64,000 nt of DNA. It comes from Macrostomum lignano. Taxonomy: Eukaryota. The DNA is taken from contig NIVC01000006.1 in NCBI GenBank assembly GCA_002269645.1, positions 124,001 to 188,000 of the forward strand. The letters run 5' to 3'. Of this stretch, positions 1 through 12,679 are shown piece after piece. Position numbers and translations under genes: made by a program. Position 1 is the first letter of the stretch. Every line of letters starts with the position of its first letter. The notes under the pieces were generated by a model that saw only the letters and a program-made list of their open reading frames with translations, searched no databases and was not told where the DNA came from.

Positions 1-475
1 AATGGATTAACAAATTTGCATTAATAAATTTGTGAGTTAACAACAAATTCTCTGTTATAGTTAATTTTAATGACAATGTCAATGACAAGATGCAAAGAAA
101 GAACAAAAATATAATTTTGACATTATAAATTTTTATGAATTTACCTAAAAGCCTAATTAATATCTTAATTATAACAATAATCATACAAATGTATCAACTT
201 CTTACTAATGAACTTTAATTATTATAAATTAAAATTGTAAACTTTATTGCTTATATCTGAGCATCATTAATCCATTCTTTCCTAATCTTTTGTAACTTTT
301 TGCTATGCTTGCCAATGGCAATGCTATTGAAATGTCCTTAATTCATAATTTATGATTAGCTAATTAGCTTTCAAGTTTCTAATATATAAACAAGTTACTT
401 CTTTTACTATATGCTTACTTTTAATAGTATTATTGTAATTTGTATTACTTTTTTAGCTTATAAATTAAGTGTTCC

Positions 476-1195
476 GCTGTAGCCATAGCTATGCCTATGG
501 GATCCTATGGCAAATATGGTAGAATAGATGCCTATGGCAGCTATGGATACACCTATGGTAGCTAGCTACTCTTATGGCTACGACTATGGAAATATGATAG
601 TTGCTGTCACATTCCATAGATTCCTTTAGCCATAGTTATTAATTTAAAAAAATATAAAAAATATTAGAAACAGGTAGAGTAAAATGGGTAATGGTCATTT
701 CGTCAACTGGCGTTTTGTCAACTCGGTTGATGAAGTGACCAAAGTGTTAGGGTGACTTTAAAGATTTTCAAAGGTACTTTAGTAAACTATATTATCAACT
801 TAGAAACTTATAGAATATACCTAATAAAGTACAATAAAACACTAGCAAACTCTAATTTTTTTAATGTGAAAAAGTTTAGCATTAGTACTTTCAGTAGCAA
901 TTAAGTATTGTTGCTCTGTAAAAAGATGAAATATAATCTTACAAAGGCAATTGGGTGTTTCATTTATTTTCTAAATTCATTTATAGTTGTTTAAGCACCA
1001 GGTTATCTTGATAAAAAAATATTTTGTTTTCTAGACTTTTTGTTTATACTATGGCTATGGCTATGGGAACTATGGGAATATGATAATATTGGGATCCCTA
1101 TCGCTACAGATTATAGAGAATTGGAATAAGCCATAGTTTTGCTTATGGCTATAGCTACGGTGCATAGACCCTCCTTACAGTGGAATACTATTGTA
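476..1195 (+). repeat. Dispersed ~0.65-0.7 kb AT-rich interspersed repeat, copy 1 (copy 2 at ~58556-59193)
   Basis: Colinear similarity, e.g. gctgtagccatagctatg...gttgctgtcacattcc...aaatattagaaacaggtagagtaaaa...ggaataagccatagttttgcttatggctat in both copies; copy 1 has an extra ~95 bp at ~685-780. Confidence 0.85.
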
Positions 1196-2574
1196 AATCC
1201 CTTAGATGACCTCTGTTTTTTTGCTAAAAGGTAGAAAGCAATTAATAAAAAAGCAGTGTATTAATGAAGTCTTCTGTATGTTACTTTGTGTTTACTGTGT
1301 GTTTTATATATTAGGCCTACTTTAATAGATTAATGCTTATTAATGATTATCAGTTAATTTTCAGTTAACTTAACAAAATTAAAAGTTAATAAGTTAAGAT
1401 TATTTTGTTTTAATGCTAACACTTTTGCCATTAATGGAAGTTAAGATTTTCATTAATGGTGCCCAACACTGGATATAAGGCTAGCAGCCCTTAGGGTCTA
1501 AGCCCTAATGGTTAGTAGAGTTGGTAGCAATCAATGAGAGAATCACCCCTTTCTATATGATTGATATCTACTCTATATTAACTAGGTATGTATATCCCTT
1601 GTAGCTAAAGCCTAAATGGAAAGCTAAAACATTAGATATGCCTAAAAAGCTTAACAACTTAAATTTGAATGATAATTAAATCATAGGCGTATAATAATTA
1701 CTTAAAGTAAGAACCTTGAGGACTATAGAAGTGGGTATAAAAGGGTTCTATGTAAACATGGGTCAACATAAATGATTGAGTCCAAGAATAACAGTAAATT
1801 TAAAAATAGCTTTTAAAAGTTTGCTTTAATGATATAAAAACCCTAATAAGTGTTGGCAGGAAGCTTTACAAGGAATAAAATTGCTTGAGTGTAGGCTATG
1901 TATGGCATATAAGAAAAAATAGAAGAAAATGGGAGAAAAAAGAAGACCATTTGTATGTAAAGTAAATAAATTAATAGTAGGCCCTATAAATATAATGAAT
2001 CTACAACCAAAAATTAACATTTTACCTATATATTCTATAGGGCTCTCTAATAGGCCTAAAAACAGATAGGTCTAATTATAGTGAAAAAATTCTTGACCAC
2101 CTATATCATATATAAGATATGGGAGAAATTTGTAAAAAAAATTGTATTAGCAATTGGAAGTAATTAAATACAGTTATTACATAAAAATTGTATTATATAG
2201 TATAGCTTCAAAATAAATAATAAAAATATCATGCCAAGTATAACAAAGCATCATGTTCAAACTTCAATATCAAAGAAATATTATGTTAAACATAATAAAA
2301 AGTGTAATGTCAAACATAAGAAGACTTATTATAAAACATAAAAGAAGTCTTATATGAAACATACAAGAAATATTGTAAAAGTATTAAAATGCTATGTAAA
2401 ATATAAAAAATCTTTTTGTGTAACAAAATAGGTGTCATAAATAAAAAATAAAAGAAATGTTATATCAAGTATGAAAGAAGAATCTTAGGGAGAATAGCTA
2501 ATATATTAATGTTGACTAGAGGAATTGTTAAGATGTTGAGGTGTTGAGATGCTAAAAAGATTTATAGGAGGTAT

Positions 2575-2895
2575 TGCTAAGATGCCAAGGCTTATGGTAG
2601 TTAATGGCTAAGATGTCAAGGCTTATGGTAGTTAATGGCTGAGATGTCAAGGCTTATAGGAGGGGGGATTGCTAAGATGTCAAGGCTCATTGGGGAATTA
2701 CTAAGATGTCAATGTTGATAGAGGATAATTACTAGGATGTCAAGGCTCGAGGTAGGGGAATTGCTGAGATATCAAGGCTTATGGGGAATTGTTAAGATGT
2801 CAAGGTTCATAGGAGAATTACTGAGATATTAAGGCTTTCAGAAGGAACTGCTAAGATGTCAAGACTTTCAATATGAATTGTTGAGATGTAGAGGC
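2575..2895. repeat. Degenerate ~30-bp tandem repeat (gctaagatgtcaaggcttat...)
   Basis: About 10 recurrences of the ctaagatgtcaagg core. Confidence 0.75.
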
Positions 2896-3628
2896 TAAGG
2901 TCAGAAGCTACATTTAATTTATTCAAAATTTTGTATGTTCCATTTTTTGTTGCCTCTCTAAGGGAAAGGGCACTGGTTGCTAGTATATTATTGATTAGTG
3001 TATATTTAGCATATGTTGCATTTTGTTAGTACGCTTGTATATATGTTGCATTTTGTATCATTAATTTTTTATGTAAGATTGATTAAATCACCAATTATTT
3101 TGTTATAAGTATAATTTGTATTGCAATTTAATGTATGCACATTATTTGTAATAAAGGTTATATAAATCTTACAAAATTATATAATTGTATTGTGTAACTC
3201 ATAAGGATTAAAAACCTCCAAGCAAGAGATGGGTCTAAAAAGTGCAATAAGAGAGCACAATAGAATATATAGGTAGTTTTGATAGTTTTAATTTAAATTA
3301 TATAAAAAGAAACAAAAGATACATTTTTTAAATAGAGTACATTTTTTTATTAAGTCTAGCCCTTACTGAAATTTTAGTGTGTCTAGAAAATAGTTCATTA
3401 AATTTTTAAAATGTTAGTCTGGCCAATAAAAAACAATGAATACTTTTTTGTTAACACTTAAAATGCATATGCAACCTCTGAAAATGGATGATTTCAGTAA
3501 CTCAGGTGGACCACAAAGTGCACAAACCAAGCCTGGACTGTGTGGCGGCTTGCTGGCCACAGCCAATAGGAATACCCAGCACAGTCAGTCACTGGGAATC
3601 TGCTTAGTTGAGTAGCCAGTCATCAGCC

Positions 3629-4874
3629 ATGCTGGCTTTGATGAACGATCAAAAGCAGCAGAGTAATGCTCAAGGCTACTCTGCGCGACGGGCCTCAATG
3701 CCGCAGCGTGAGCCCGCTGTGAGTACAGGCAACAACAGTCCAGGTGTTGTGAAGGTACGCGAAACTTTGTTGTGGTCATGTCCCAAAATCAGTCTTTTTT
3801 AGCTGCTGTTTCTCACCTTCGGTATGGCCCTCTCACTTTGATAATCTCCCTCTCACTTTGATAATCTCCCTCTCTCACTTTAATAATCTCCCTCTCACTT
3901 TGATAATCTCCCTCTCACTTTGATAATCTCCCTCTCTCACTTTAATAATCTCCCTCTCACTTTGATAATCTCCCTCTCACTTTGATAATCTCCCTCTCTC
4001 ACTTTAATAATCTCCCTCTCACTTTGATAATATCCCTCTCACTTTGATAATCTCCCTCTCTCACTTTAATAATCTCCCTCTCACTTTGATAATCTCCCTC
4101 TCACTGTGATAATCTCCCTCTCTCACTTTAATAATCTCCCTCTCTCACTTTGATAATCTCCCTCTCACTGTGATAATCTCTCTCTCACTTTGACAATCTT
4201 TAATCTCTCTCTCACTTTGATAATCTCCCTCTCACTTTGATAATCTCCCTCTCACTTTGATAATCTCCCTCTCTCACTTTGATAATCTCCCTCTCACTGT
4301 GATAATCTCTCTCTCACTTTGACAATCTTTAATCTCTCTCTCACTTTGATAATCTCCCTCTCACTTTGATAATCTCCCTCTCACTTTGATAATCTCCCTC
4401 TCTCACTTTAATAATCTCCCTCTCTCACTTTGATAATCTCCCTCTCACTGTGATAATCTCTCTCTCACTTTGATAATCGCCCTCTCACTGTAATAATCGC
4501 CCTCTCACTGTGATAATATCTCTCTCACTTTGACAATCGCCCTCTCACTTTGAAAGTCTCTCTCTCACTTTGATAATCTCTCTCTCACTTTGATAATCCC
4601 CCTCTCACTTTAATAATCTCCCTGCTCACTTTGATAATCCCCCTCTTACTTTGATAATCTCCCTCTCTCACTTTGACAATTTCCCTCTTTACTATTAATC
4701 TCTCTCACTAACTTTGGAAATCTCCCTCTCTCAGCCAATCGCGCATCCCAAACTCGCTGCCGCAGGCCGCAGACAGATTCGAAACCCAGTACGCGGCCGA
4801 GCTGGCTCCCAGCAACAAGTGCAGCTGCTCACCCAGCTGCAATCCGAGTGCCCCGCGCTGCAGCTCTTCAATTG
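3629..4874 (+). CDS. Candidate upstream coding exons of the FAM53-like gene (about 3629-3754 and about 4735-4874)
   Basis: ATG at 3629 gives an open frame to an AAG|gtacgc donor. The GC-rich island at 4735-4874 reads ...AADRFETQYAAELAPSNKCSCSPSCNPSAPRCSSSI and ends in a phase-1 donor (G|gtttgt) compatible with the phase-1 acceptors at 5367/5388. Exon joining is uncertain. Confidence 0.35.
3831..4710. repeat. 20-22-bp minisatellite (ctctcactttgataatctcc), probably intronic
   Basis: About 40 tandem units visible directly. Confidence 0.95.
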
Positions 4875-4943
4875 GTTTGTGCTTCGTTCTTTGCAATTTA
4901 CCTGTGCATTGGCGGTGTAGTTTGGAAGAATGAATGAGAGGTT

Positions 4944-5258
4944 GGGGTAGCTGTCTACTCTCACGCAACTCAGGGTAGAGTAGCTGTCTACTCTCCCGCA
5001 ACTCAGGGTAGGGTAGCTGTCTACTCTCCCGCAACTCAGGGTAGGGTAGCTGTCTTCTCTCCCGCAACTCAGGGTAGGGTAGCTGTCTACTCTCCCGCAA
5101 CTCAGGGTAGGGTAGCTGTCTTCTCTCACGCAACTCAGGGTAGAGTAGCTGTCTACTCTCCCGCAACTCAGGGTAGGGTAGCTGTCTTCTCTCCCGCAAC
5201 TCAGGGTAGGGTAGCTGTCTACTCTCACGCAGCTCAGGGTAGGGTAGCTGTCTACTCT
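4944..5258. repeat. 33-bp minisatellite (ggtagggtagctgtctactctcccgcaactcag)
   Basis: About 9 tandem units; explains the repetitive minus-strand ORFs 4708-5228. Confidence 0.95.
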
Positions 5259-5367
5259 CCAGCAGCTGAAAACACCAAGTGAAGGCTGGCGCAGCTCAGG
5301 TAACTGAGGTAAGGTTTGGGTGGCAGTAGCAAATCAACTTGTGCATGCATTTCACTCCCTGTTTTAG

Positions 5368-6044
5368 TTGCCGTCTCTTCATCAACAGCCGGTCTGAGCA
5401 GCGCTGAGTTCTCGTCAAACTCGAACTACTCGCCACCCAGTCCGCCGCTGCTGCCCCCGAAGCGGCCCTGCCATCAGCGAGCCCTGGCCTCCGCCGGCTG
5501 CGACGGCTCCGCGGGCCAGCAGCTCATCTTCCGCCCTGTGCCGCTTCGTCCAGCAGCTTTGGAGCCTCATCAATTGCTGGTGCCAAGCTTTGAGTCTCTC
5601 AGCCTGCAGCAGCAGCAACAGCAGCAGGCCGGCAGCGGAGCGGCTTCCCGCTGTCAGTCTCAGCCGAGTTTGCACCTGGCCGCCAAGCGCAAACACTGCG
5701 ACAGCTGCCCGTGCGACTCCGCCTCGCAGAGGCTGGGCGGCGGCGGCGGCGGCGGCGGTCACACAGGTAGGAGTTACCTGGTCGGGCTGCCAACCATCAA
5801 TTCTGCCAGCTTTTCTAGCCGGGGCCGCGGCTCTGCAGCTGCCGCCTCTGCCACCGCCGCCGCCGCAGACGGAGAAGTCAGCGACTCGACCACCACAGAC
5901 GAGGAGGATCTCCTGGATGAAAGCGAGGATTTCCACCCGCCAACAGTTGGCGGCGGCGTCGGCGAAGAGCCCGAGGACGGCGCCGACGATGACAATGACA
6001 GCTGTGAGCAGCTGGATCTAGACCAGATTGAGAACGATTTGTGA
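5368..6044 (+). CDS. Terminal coding exon of a probable FAM53-family protein
   Basis: Open frame after tttag/aacag acceptors. Motifs PPKRPCHQRAL (cf. FAM53 PPSKRxCRSLS), RCQSQP (cf. RSQP), acidic tail and C-terminal LDLDQIEND (cf. LDxEQIENN, recalled from memory). Confidence 0.55.
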
Positions 6045-6728
6045 GCCTCCTGAGTTCGGTCTGTGCGTCCGCGTTGATCAAATCCGGCATTCCAGTGATG
6101 ATGCTTTGCTTTTTAGTCCTCGGAGATTCTCTTTATTCGCTTACGTTTAAAGTTCGATGCACAGAGAGTTCACATGCCTGACGATTAGTAAGTCGCCGCT
6201 GTACACCCTGTGTGAGCGTGTGTGCGAGCTCAGAAGTCAGCGGAATGGGCAGAATTGCTGTCAGCACTGGTTGGCGGGACTGATGTCGCAGTTCAGTTGC
6301 ATTGTTCCTGTGCCGATCTGTACCTGAGAGGGTTGGCCGTGTCTATTTCAAATTAAATTAATTTGCCTGCCGCAGCCAACTCAGCGCTGAATTATGGCTT
6401 TCTTTCACCTGTTCTCTCTAGCTTTTACCGCTAAAAATGTACAGTTAGTCCTACAGTATCCTGTGTGATAATTAGACATTTATTACTAGCTTTGACCTCT
6501 AAATGTACTCTTCACTGACACAATCGCAATGCAGCCGTTTCATTCCCGCATTCGTGTGCGTTTTTTGTTTTAATAGTATAACTTTTTCCCCTTGCTCGGT
6601 GTCATTAACAAAACTTATTATTAATTATTATTATTATTATTATTGCTGAATATTTAGTCAGTTGTTTCACAAATTATTGACCAGGTAGAGTATTCTCTCA
6701 CAAGCATGCTAACACATGTTTGCTTAGA

Positions 6729-6995
6729 TTCTTTCTCAGTAGAGAGCGGATTTGATGCAGTTCTTTCTCAGTAGAGAGCGGATTTGATGCAGTTCTTTCT
6801 CAGTAGAGGGCGGATTTGATGCAGTTCTTTCTCAGTAGAGGGCGGATTTGATGCAGTTCTTTCTCAGTAGAGGGCGGATTTGATGCGGCTCTTTCTCAGT
6901 AGAGGGCGGATTTGATGCGGCTCTTTCTCAGTAGAGAGCGGATTTGATGCGGCTCTTTCTCAGTAGAGAGCGGATTTGATGCGGCTCTTTTCAGT
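6729..6995. repeat. 32-bp tandem repeat (ttctttctcagtagagagcggatttgatgcag)
   Basis: About 8 units, period 32 (6729, 6761, ...). Confidence 0.95.
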
Positions 6996-7663
6996 AGTTT
7001 GCATAGTCGTATTTTCTATGCAAAATTTTGTAGTTTTATTACCTTTTGAAGTTTGTCATGTCTATTTTTAATTAACTACAGAAATGTGATTCTGCAAACC
7101 TGTTTGCGAGTTTCCATAGTAGTGTGTCCTCCATTAAATGAGCTTGTTTTGTTTCCATGCTAAAACTACGCTATTTATAAAGCTTTTGCAAGGCTTTAGT
7201 GTAAATTATTTTTCTTTGTTTACTTCTGTTCCTTAAACTGTATTGGTTTTTTGTTTACAAGACTCTGTGTTTTATTTGAAAGTACACAGTTTACTTTTAA
7301 TAATCCATGCAGTTAGCAATGGTGGATTGTTAAGCAATTCTTCGTTGATTCAGTTAAAAACTGACTTTTGCGCCAGCTTGTTTGCCTGTCATAGCTAACA
7401 ATAATAAAGACTGTGTCATGCCACCGCCTTATGCACCCCATCCCTTCTTTCCTTGTTTGTTTATTGTCCCTATTTGTTATCTTATTCCGTATGAGTCAAA
7501 GTTCTGGCGATACTATTGAGGTTTTTTTATTGTAGGGTGTGTTAGCCAGTTTTTTTAAATTACTATTTATCCTTTTTCTACATTTGCCACTTTGCCTGTG
7601 ATTTAATCAGCTGTCGGCTAATTTTTCGGTCTATGGCAGTTTTCATTATATTGTCTATTACAT

Positions 7664-7932
7664 CAGCCAATCGGCGGTCCCAAAAGGGTAGAAAGTCGCA
7701 CTAGAACCGTGTGTTACCTCTCAGCCAATCAGCGATCCCAAAGGGGTAGAAAGTCACTAGAATCGCGCGTTACCCCTCAGCCAATAAGCGATTCGAAAAG
7801 GGGTAGAAAGTCACACTAGAACCGTGCGTTACCTCTCAGCTAATCAGCGGTCCCAGAGGGGTAGAAAGTCACACTAGAATCGCGAGTTACCTCTCAGCCA
7901 ATCAGGGCTAAGTAAGAGTTTGAAAACCACTG
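7664..7932. repeat. ~58-bp tandem repeat (4 units) ending at a hAT-like terminus (tttgaaaaccactg)
   Basis: Units start with cagccaatc at 7664 and 7722; the reverse complement of the end reads CAGTGGTTTTCAAA. Confidence 0.7.
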
Positions 7933-8290
7933 TGTAACGTACGTCTGTTATAGCGGTTTTACTATTTGTTGTTTTTCTTGTAGCTTGTGTGCAATGCTCA
8001 TTTCGAATCTAAAAGAAGCATCTGTATTGCATCCAGAATTTTCAATCCGCTTGAACTTTTGTGTTATATATTCATAAATTTTTCTTTTGTAGATTGTTTC
8101 CATTCTGAATCCTAAATTTCGCATATTGTTGAAAAGAGTAAATCATTATGCTGAGCATTAGTAAACTACTTTGCTTCTTAAATTTGATCTGCCGTTTTGC
8201 TTTTGTCTACCAAAAAATCTACTCATGTTTTGTGTTTAAGTCAATTTTATTCTGGCGGGGTGTCTAAATGTCAGTCAGTCAGTCAATGAG

Positions 8291-9206
8291 TAGGGATTCC
8301 AATCCCGGGATCCCGGGATTGGGGCCAAAAATCCGGGATTTGAATCCCGGGATTTTTTTGGGAATCGAATCCCGGGATTTTTAATCCCGGGATTGCAAAA
8401 GACCGGGATCGGGATCCCGGGATTTCAAGGCCTTAATCCCGGGATTGGTCCGGGATTAGAACGACCTTTCAATGCCTAAATTAGATAATTTAAAGTCTAA
8501 ACGTTTATTTGAATAATAAAACATTTATTTGTTTTTGCTGTTTCTCAATGAAACGTTAAACATTTGCAAAGCTCCTGTCCTAATTGAGCTAAAAATTGTT
8601 AATGTGAACTGTAAATGATAGATAATTTTAACTTTTTTTCGTTTTCTACCACGAGACGAGACTGAGGGCCTTTTCATATTGCTTGCTCTGGTTCCAGAAC
8701 AAGAACCAATTTGTGAAGTATAAACTTTTTGTCTCCATAACTAGAGGGAGATACGTGCTATAAAGTTTTTATTATTGAATGACAGTCGCCAAGAAGAAAG
8801 TGAAAAATCGTGCAAAGTGAGGCTGTTAAGGCAGTCAAATATTAACAGAGTTTAATAGTTATACTGCTGTTTTTCTTGGAATTCCGAACCGATTCTGGTT
8901 CTGGAATTGGTAATGTGAAAAGGCCCTGAGACTCTGAGAGTCGCGAGACCATGACTACTGCACGCGGCACGCCGCACAGTCCGTCTAGCAATTTAGGGAT
9001 TCCAATCCCGGGATCCCGGGATTGGGGCCAAAAATCCGGGATTTGAATCCCGGGATTTTTTTGGGAATCGAATCCCGGGATTTTTAATCCCGGGATTGCA
9101 AAAGCACCGGGATTCCGGGATTTTGAATCCCGGGATTTCAACAGCATCGGGATTTCGGGACTATTCAATCCCGGGATTGTAAAATGTCGGGATTTTGGAA
9201 TCCCTA
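8291..9206. mobile_element. Non-autonomous hAT-like DNA transposon
   Basis: TIR TAGGGATTCCAA ... TTGGAATCCCTA; perfect 8-bp TSD TCAATGAG (8283-8290, 9207-9214); many palindromic ATCCCGGGAT subterminal motifs. Confidence 0.9.
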
Positions 9207-10054
9207 TCAATGAGTACGAGGAGTCAGTTATATCAGCTTGTTTACGTAACAGTAGAAAGTACATCGCATGCTATTGTAGTAATGTTAACGATGTAAACGA
9301 GGACGACGGGGCGGCCTCGCTAGAGGCGTCGGAGATCGTCCATGAGGTGCACTCTGCTGTCTGGCCCAGGAACTAACTGTACGCTAGACCGGATCATACC
9401 ATCACTGTACAGTGTGGGATGGCCAGGGAGACATTGAAACAGGATCTGGATAGTCAAACGCTAGGTTTCCAGATAGCAGATCTGCACCGGTAGATCGAGG
9501 TTTAAAAATCAGTTCAGAATCAGTTCACCAAATCGGAGTCGAGCAAATTTTGAATAGCTTTTGCAAGCGTCAGCCAGCATCAAAACTCTTTATTCAAGCC
9601 TTTGCTTTTATCGAGATTGACAGTGTGGAAAATGAAAAGTTTGGGAGTGAACAGTTTCCACTCCAGAGTTTTCGTTCAGTGTCTCCTTGGATGGCCCGGC
9701 TGCTGAAATTCCCTCTCCCATTTCTATCCAGTTCTTATCTTTCTAATCTATTCATCGATTTTTCTGCCCCCCCCCCCGACCTACGCCGGGCTTCACTCAG
9801 ACTGGGTCTGCAGTTTGAGGGGTGGGCGACGGGGTTGGGGGCTTGTGCACGCAGTAAACCCTCCCGCTTTACTCCGTACACGCCTCTCAGTCTCCCCCCT
9901 CTGTCCCTCAACCCCTTCTCTCTCTTCCTGTCTTTTCCCGCCGCCTATTGCCAAATAAACCCTCCTGTCCTTGGCCCTGTCCCTGCATTTTGTTGAGACG
10001 GCCAATTCTGTCGCAGACGCGTAACAGTTGAAAGTAGATAGACTCAAAAAGATT

Positions 10055-10632
10055 ATGGAATCCAAGTCCGCACCGCCGCCTGATTGCAATGAGCCTCCGC
10101 CTGGGTACTACCCACCACCGCCTCAGCAGCAGGGCTATCCGCCTCAGCAGCAGGGCTATCCGCCTCAGCAGCAGGGCTACCCGCCTCAGCAGCAGGGCTA
10201 CCCGCCTCAGCAGCAGGGCTACCCGCCCCAGCAGTATGGAGGCTATCAGCCTGCACCGCAGACGCAGCAGCCGCAGGTAAGCCTAGCTAAGCCTTGAATT
10301 ATATTGATTGCCAACTTAGACCTCTGATTATGGGATGACGTCATCGCCCGCAGGTGCAGGTTGTCACGGTGTCGACAAGCCCGACGGTCTTTCGCGACGT
10401 GCCAATCAACATCCCCTGCCAGCACTGCCAGCAGGTGGTGACCAGCCGCATTGAGTTTGAGAACGGCCTTCTTGTCTGGCTGCTGGTGGGGGCCATCTGC
10501 TTCTTCGGCATACCGCTGTTCCTGTTTCTGGGCTGCTGCTTCATCCCTCTGTGCATCCCCAGCCTCAAGGATGTGGGCCACTTCTGCCCCAACTGCAACC
10601 GGAAGCTGGGCACCTACCAGCGGGTTCGCTGA
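10055..10632 (+). CDS. LITAF: LITAF/CDIP1-family zinc-binding membrane protein; exons 10055-10276 and 10354-10632
   Basis: Proline-rich N-terminus with GYPPQQQ repeats; phase-0 intron (CAG|gtaagc ... cgcag|GTG); LITAF domain CQHC - hydrophobic stretch - HFCPNC. Confidence 0.93.
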
Positions 10633-12679
10633 GGCTGCTCATGCTTAATGGTGATTGATGAAGCTGGGAAGCTTCAAGACTGCCTCTTGAACAAGCAGAT
10701 GAAAAGTTCAAAATTGAATATGCATGCTATATACAGATACACAGATTATCAAATCTGACAATTGATCGACAACCTTGCTCGAAATCCCAAGAATCACAAT
10801 AATTAGTAGTGATAGATCACTTTTCTAACTTTTTGAATTGCAGAAACTTTAATGGCATGCATCTTGCAGCTTGGGATAAAGCAGGGTGCCGCCAAATGAT
10901 GCGTTATGACATAAGCTGACAAAAAACCCAGCTGAAAATTTTATCACACTGATTGGTTATTAACCTACGCCTTCTAAACTTCGCTATAACGCCATGTTAT
11001 TGTCAATATTATAAAACAAGTTTTCAGCAAACTTTTCTGATGCCTATTGTACATGCATGCTTAGGGAATTTAGGGTTCACGCTTAGCTTTGGTCTCGCGT
11101 ACCAAACACATTAATATGCGATATGTCAACAAAGATCGCAATGCTTAGCAAACGTGCACTCTTTATGCGGGCATGTATAAAGCCCGCATTTATGTGGCAT
11201 GTAATATGTTACCTGTGATTTTACACTTCTACGTATCTGCTTGCTCATGGAAAAATTAGTGCAATAAATAACAATGCAGTACATTCTGTTATGTAGTGAT
11301 TTGCAATTGCTCATATTATTATGAACATTAATGCGTAGAAGTTGCTTAATAAGTGCATGTACATGTATACTCGATTAATTTTTTTTCTCTGTCTCTTGAT
11401 TGGTCAGCTCTCTCACCTTCTGTCTCTTGGTGGGCGCCCCTGTTTCTTGGATGGGCGCCCCTGTCGTACCAGCTTCGCAGCACAGGCGCCATACATATCC
11501 ACGAAACCGAATCCCTATAAAAATCCCTTTGATTCCTAACCGTCAAACGCGAATTCCGACCCCGATCGCTCTGTTTGTAATTATTGTGAGTCGGGGTCGC
11601 ATGTGTACTTTACTATGTACATCCGGGCCACGCCCAATCAATATGAATCGGAGCTGGGTGCTGCACCCAAATATACATGTATATTCACTGGTTGCGGGCT
11701 CTTGTGAGAGCCGTACTTTTCCACCTCGCGCTAACCGTCTGAGTTTACTCGATCACTATAATTATGTACATTCTAATCTGGGTCGCACAGATACTCGTAC
11801 CTTCGCTCAACTCCACACCAACCACGCATATACTGTACGTCATATGCATGGATTGAGCCTCTCTGCCAAGGTAATTCCTCTTCTCCACAGAGCCTTTGGA
11901 ATGATTACGTCATCCATAACTAGATTCTTATCCCCATACATGTAGAATCAGCTAGGAACCATAGCAGCAAGAAACAATTTTTCTGCATTTTTTGTGCGCA
12001 AACAACAAAAACAACAATAAAATACGCGCCCCGCAAGCATGATTTGGCGCTGGATTTAATGCGCAAAGCTAATTGTATATGAACACCGCGAGCTAATTGC
12101 GCTAAAATAAATCCGAGTCTTCTTCATCATATCATACATTTAAAACCAAAATTCAAACCTTGACCTACATTTAAACGATAGCCTTTGCAATTGCATTCTC
12201 GTATTGTCCTCTCCCCGGCCCACCTTTGGGCTTTAGAACGAACAAAACTGCCACCTTTAAAGCTATATGTATAATGATCTGTTCAACGAATTTTAATACT
12301 CTATCTGAATGCATTGAGTTCGAGTCAAATAAAATAATTACAAACTATAATGGATATAGCTTTTGGCGTGAATTTTTATTCTAATAACATTTTGGGCTGC
12401 ACATGTACATGCGTAATATAAGTTATACATGTAAATGTTACATCTTCAAAATATTATTTTCATTGGTTTGATTTCATGAGCTACACGTCGGTGTTTGGAT
12501 TATAAAAAATAACTATAAAATCTTACATCACAGCTATTTATCCGAATTTATCGAATTTACTTATTGTATATTTTGCAATTTGGATAATTACTAAAACGTT
12601 AGGCAAGGCAAAAAATTGCATCTCTTCAAATATATTTTTTAAGCATGACACTTTAATGTTTGTCATACAATATCCAATG

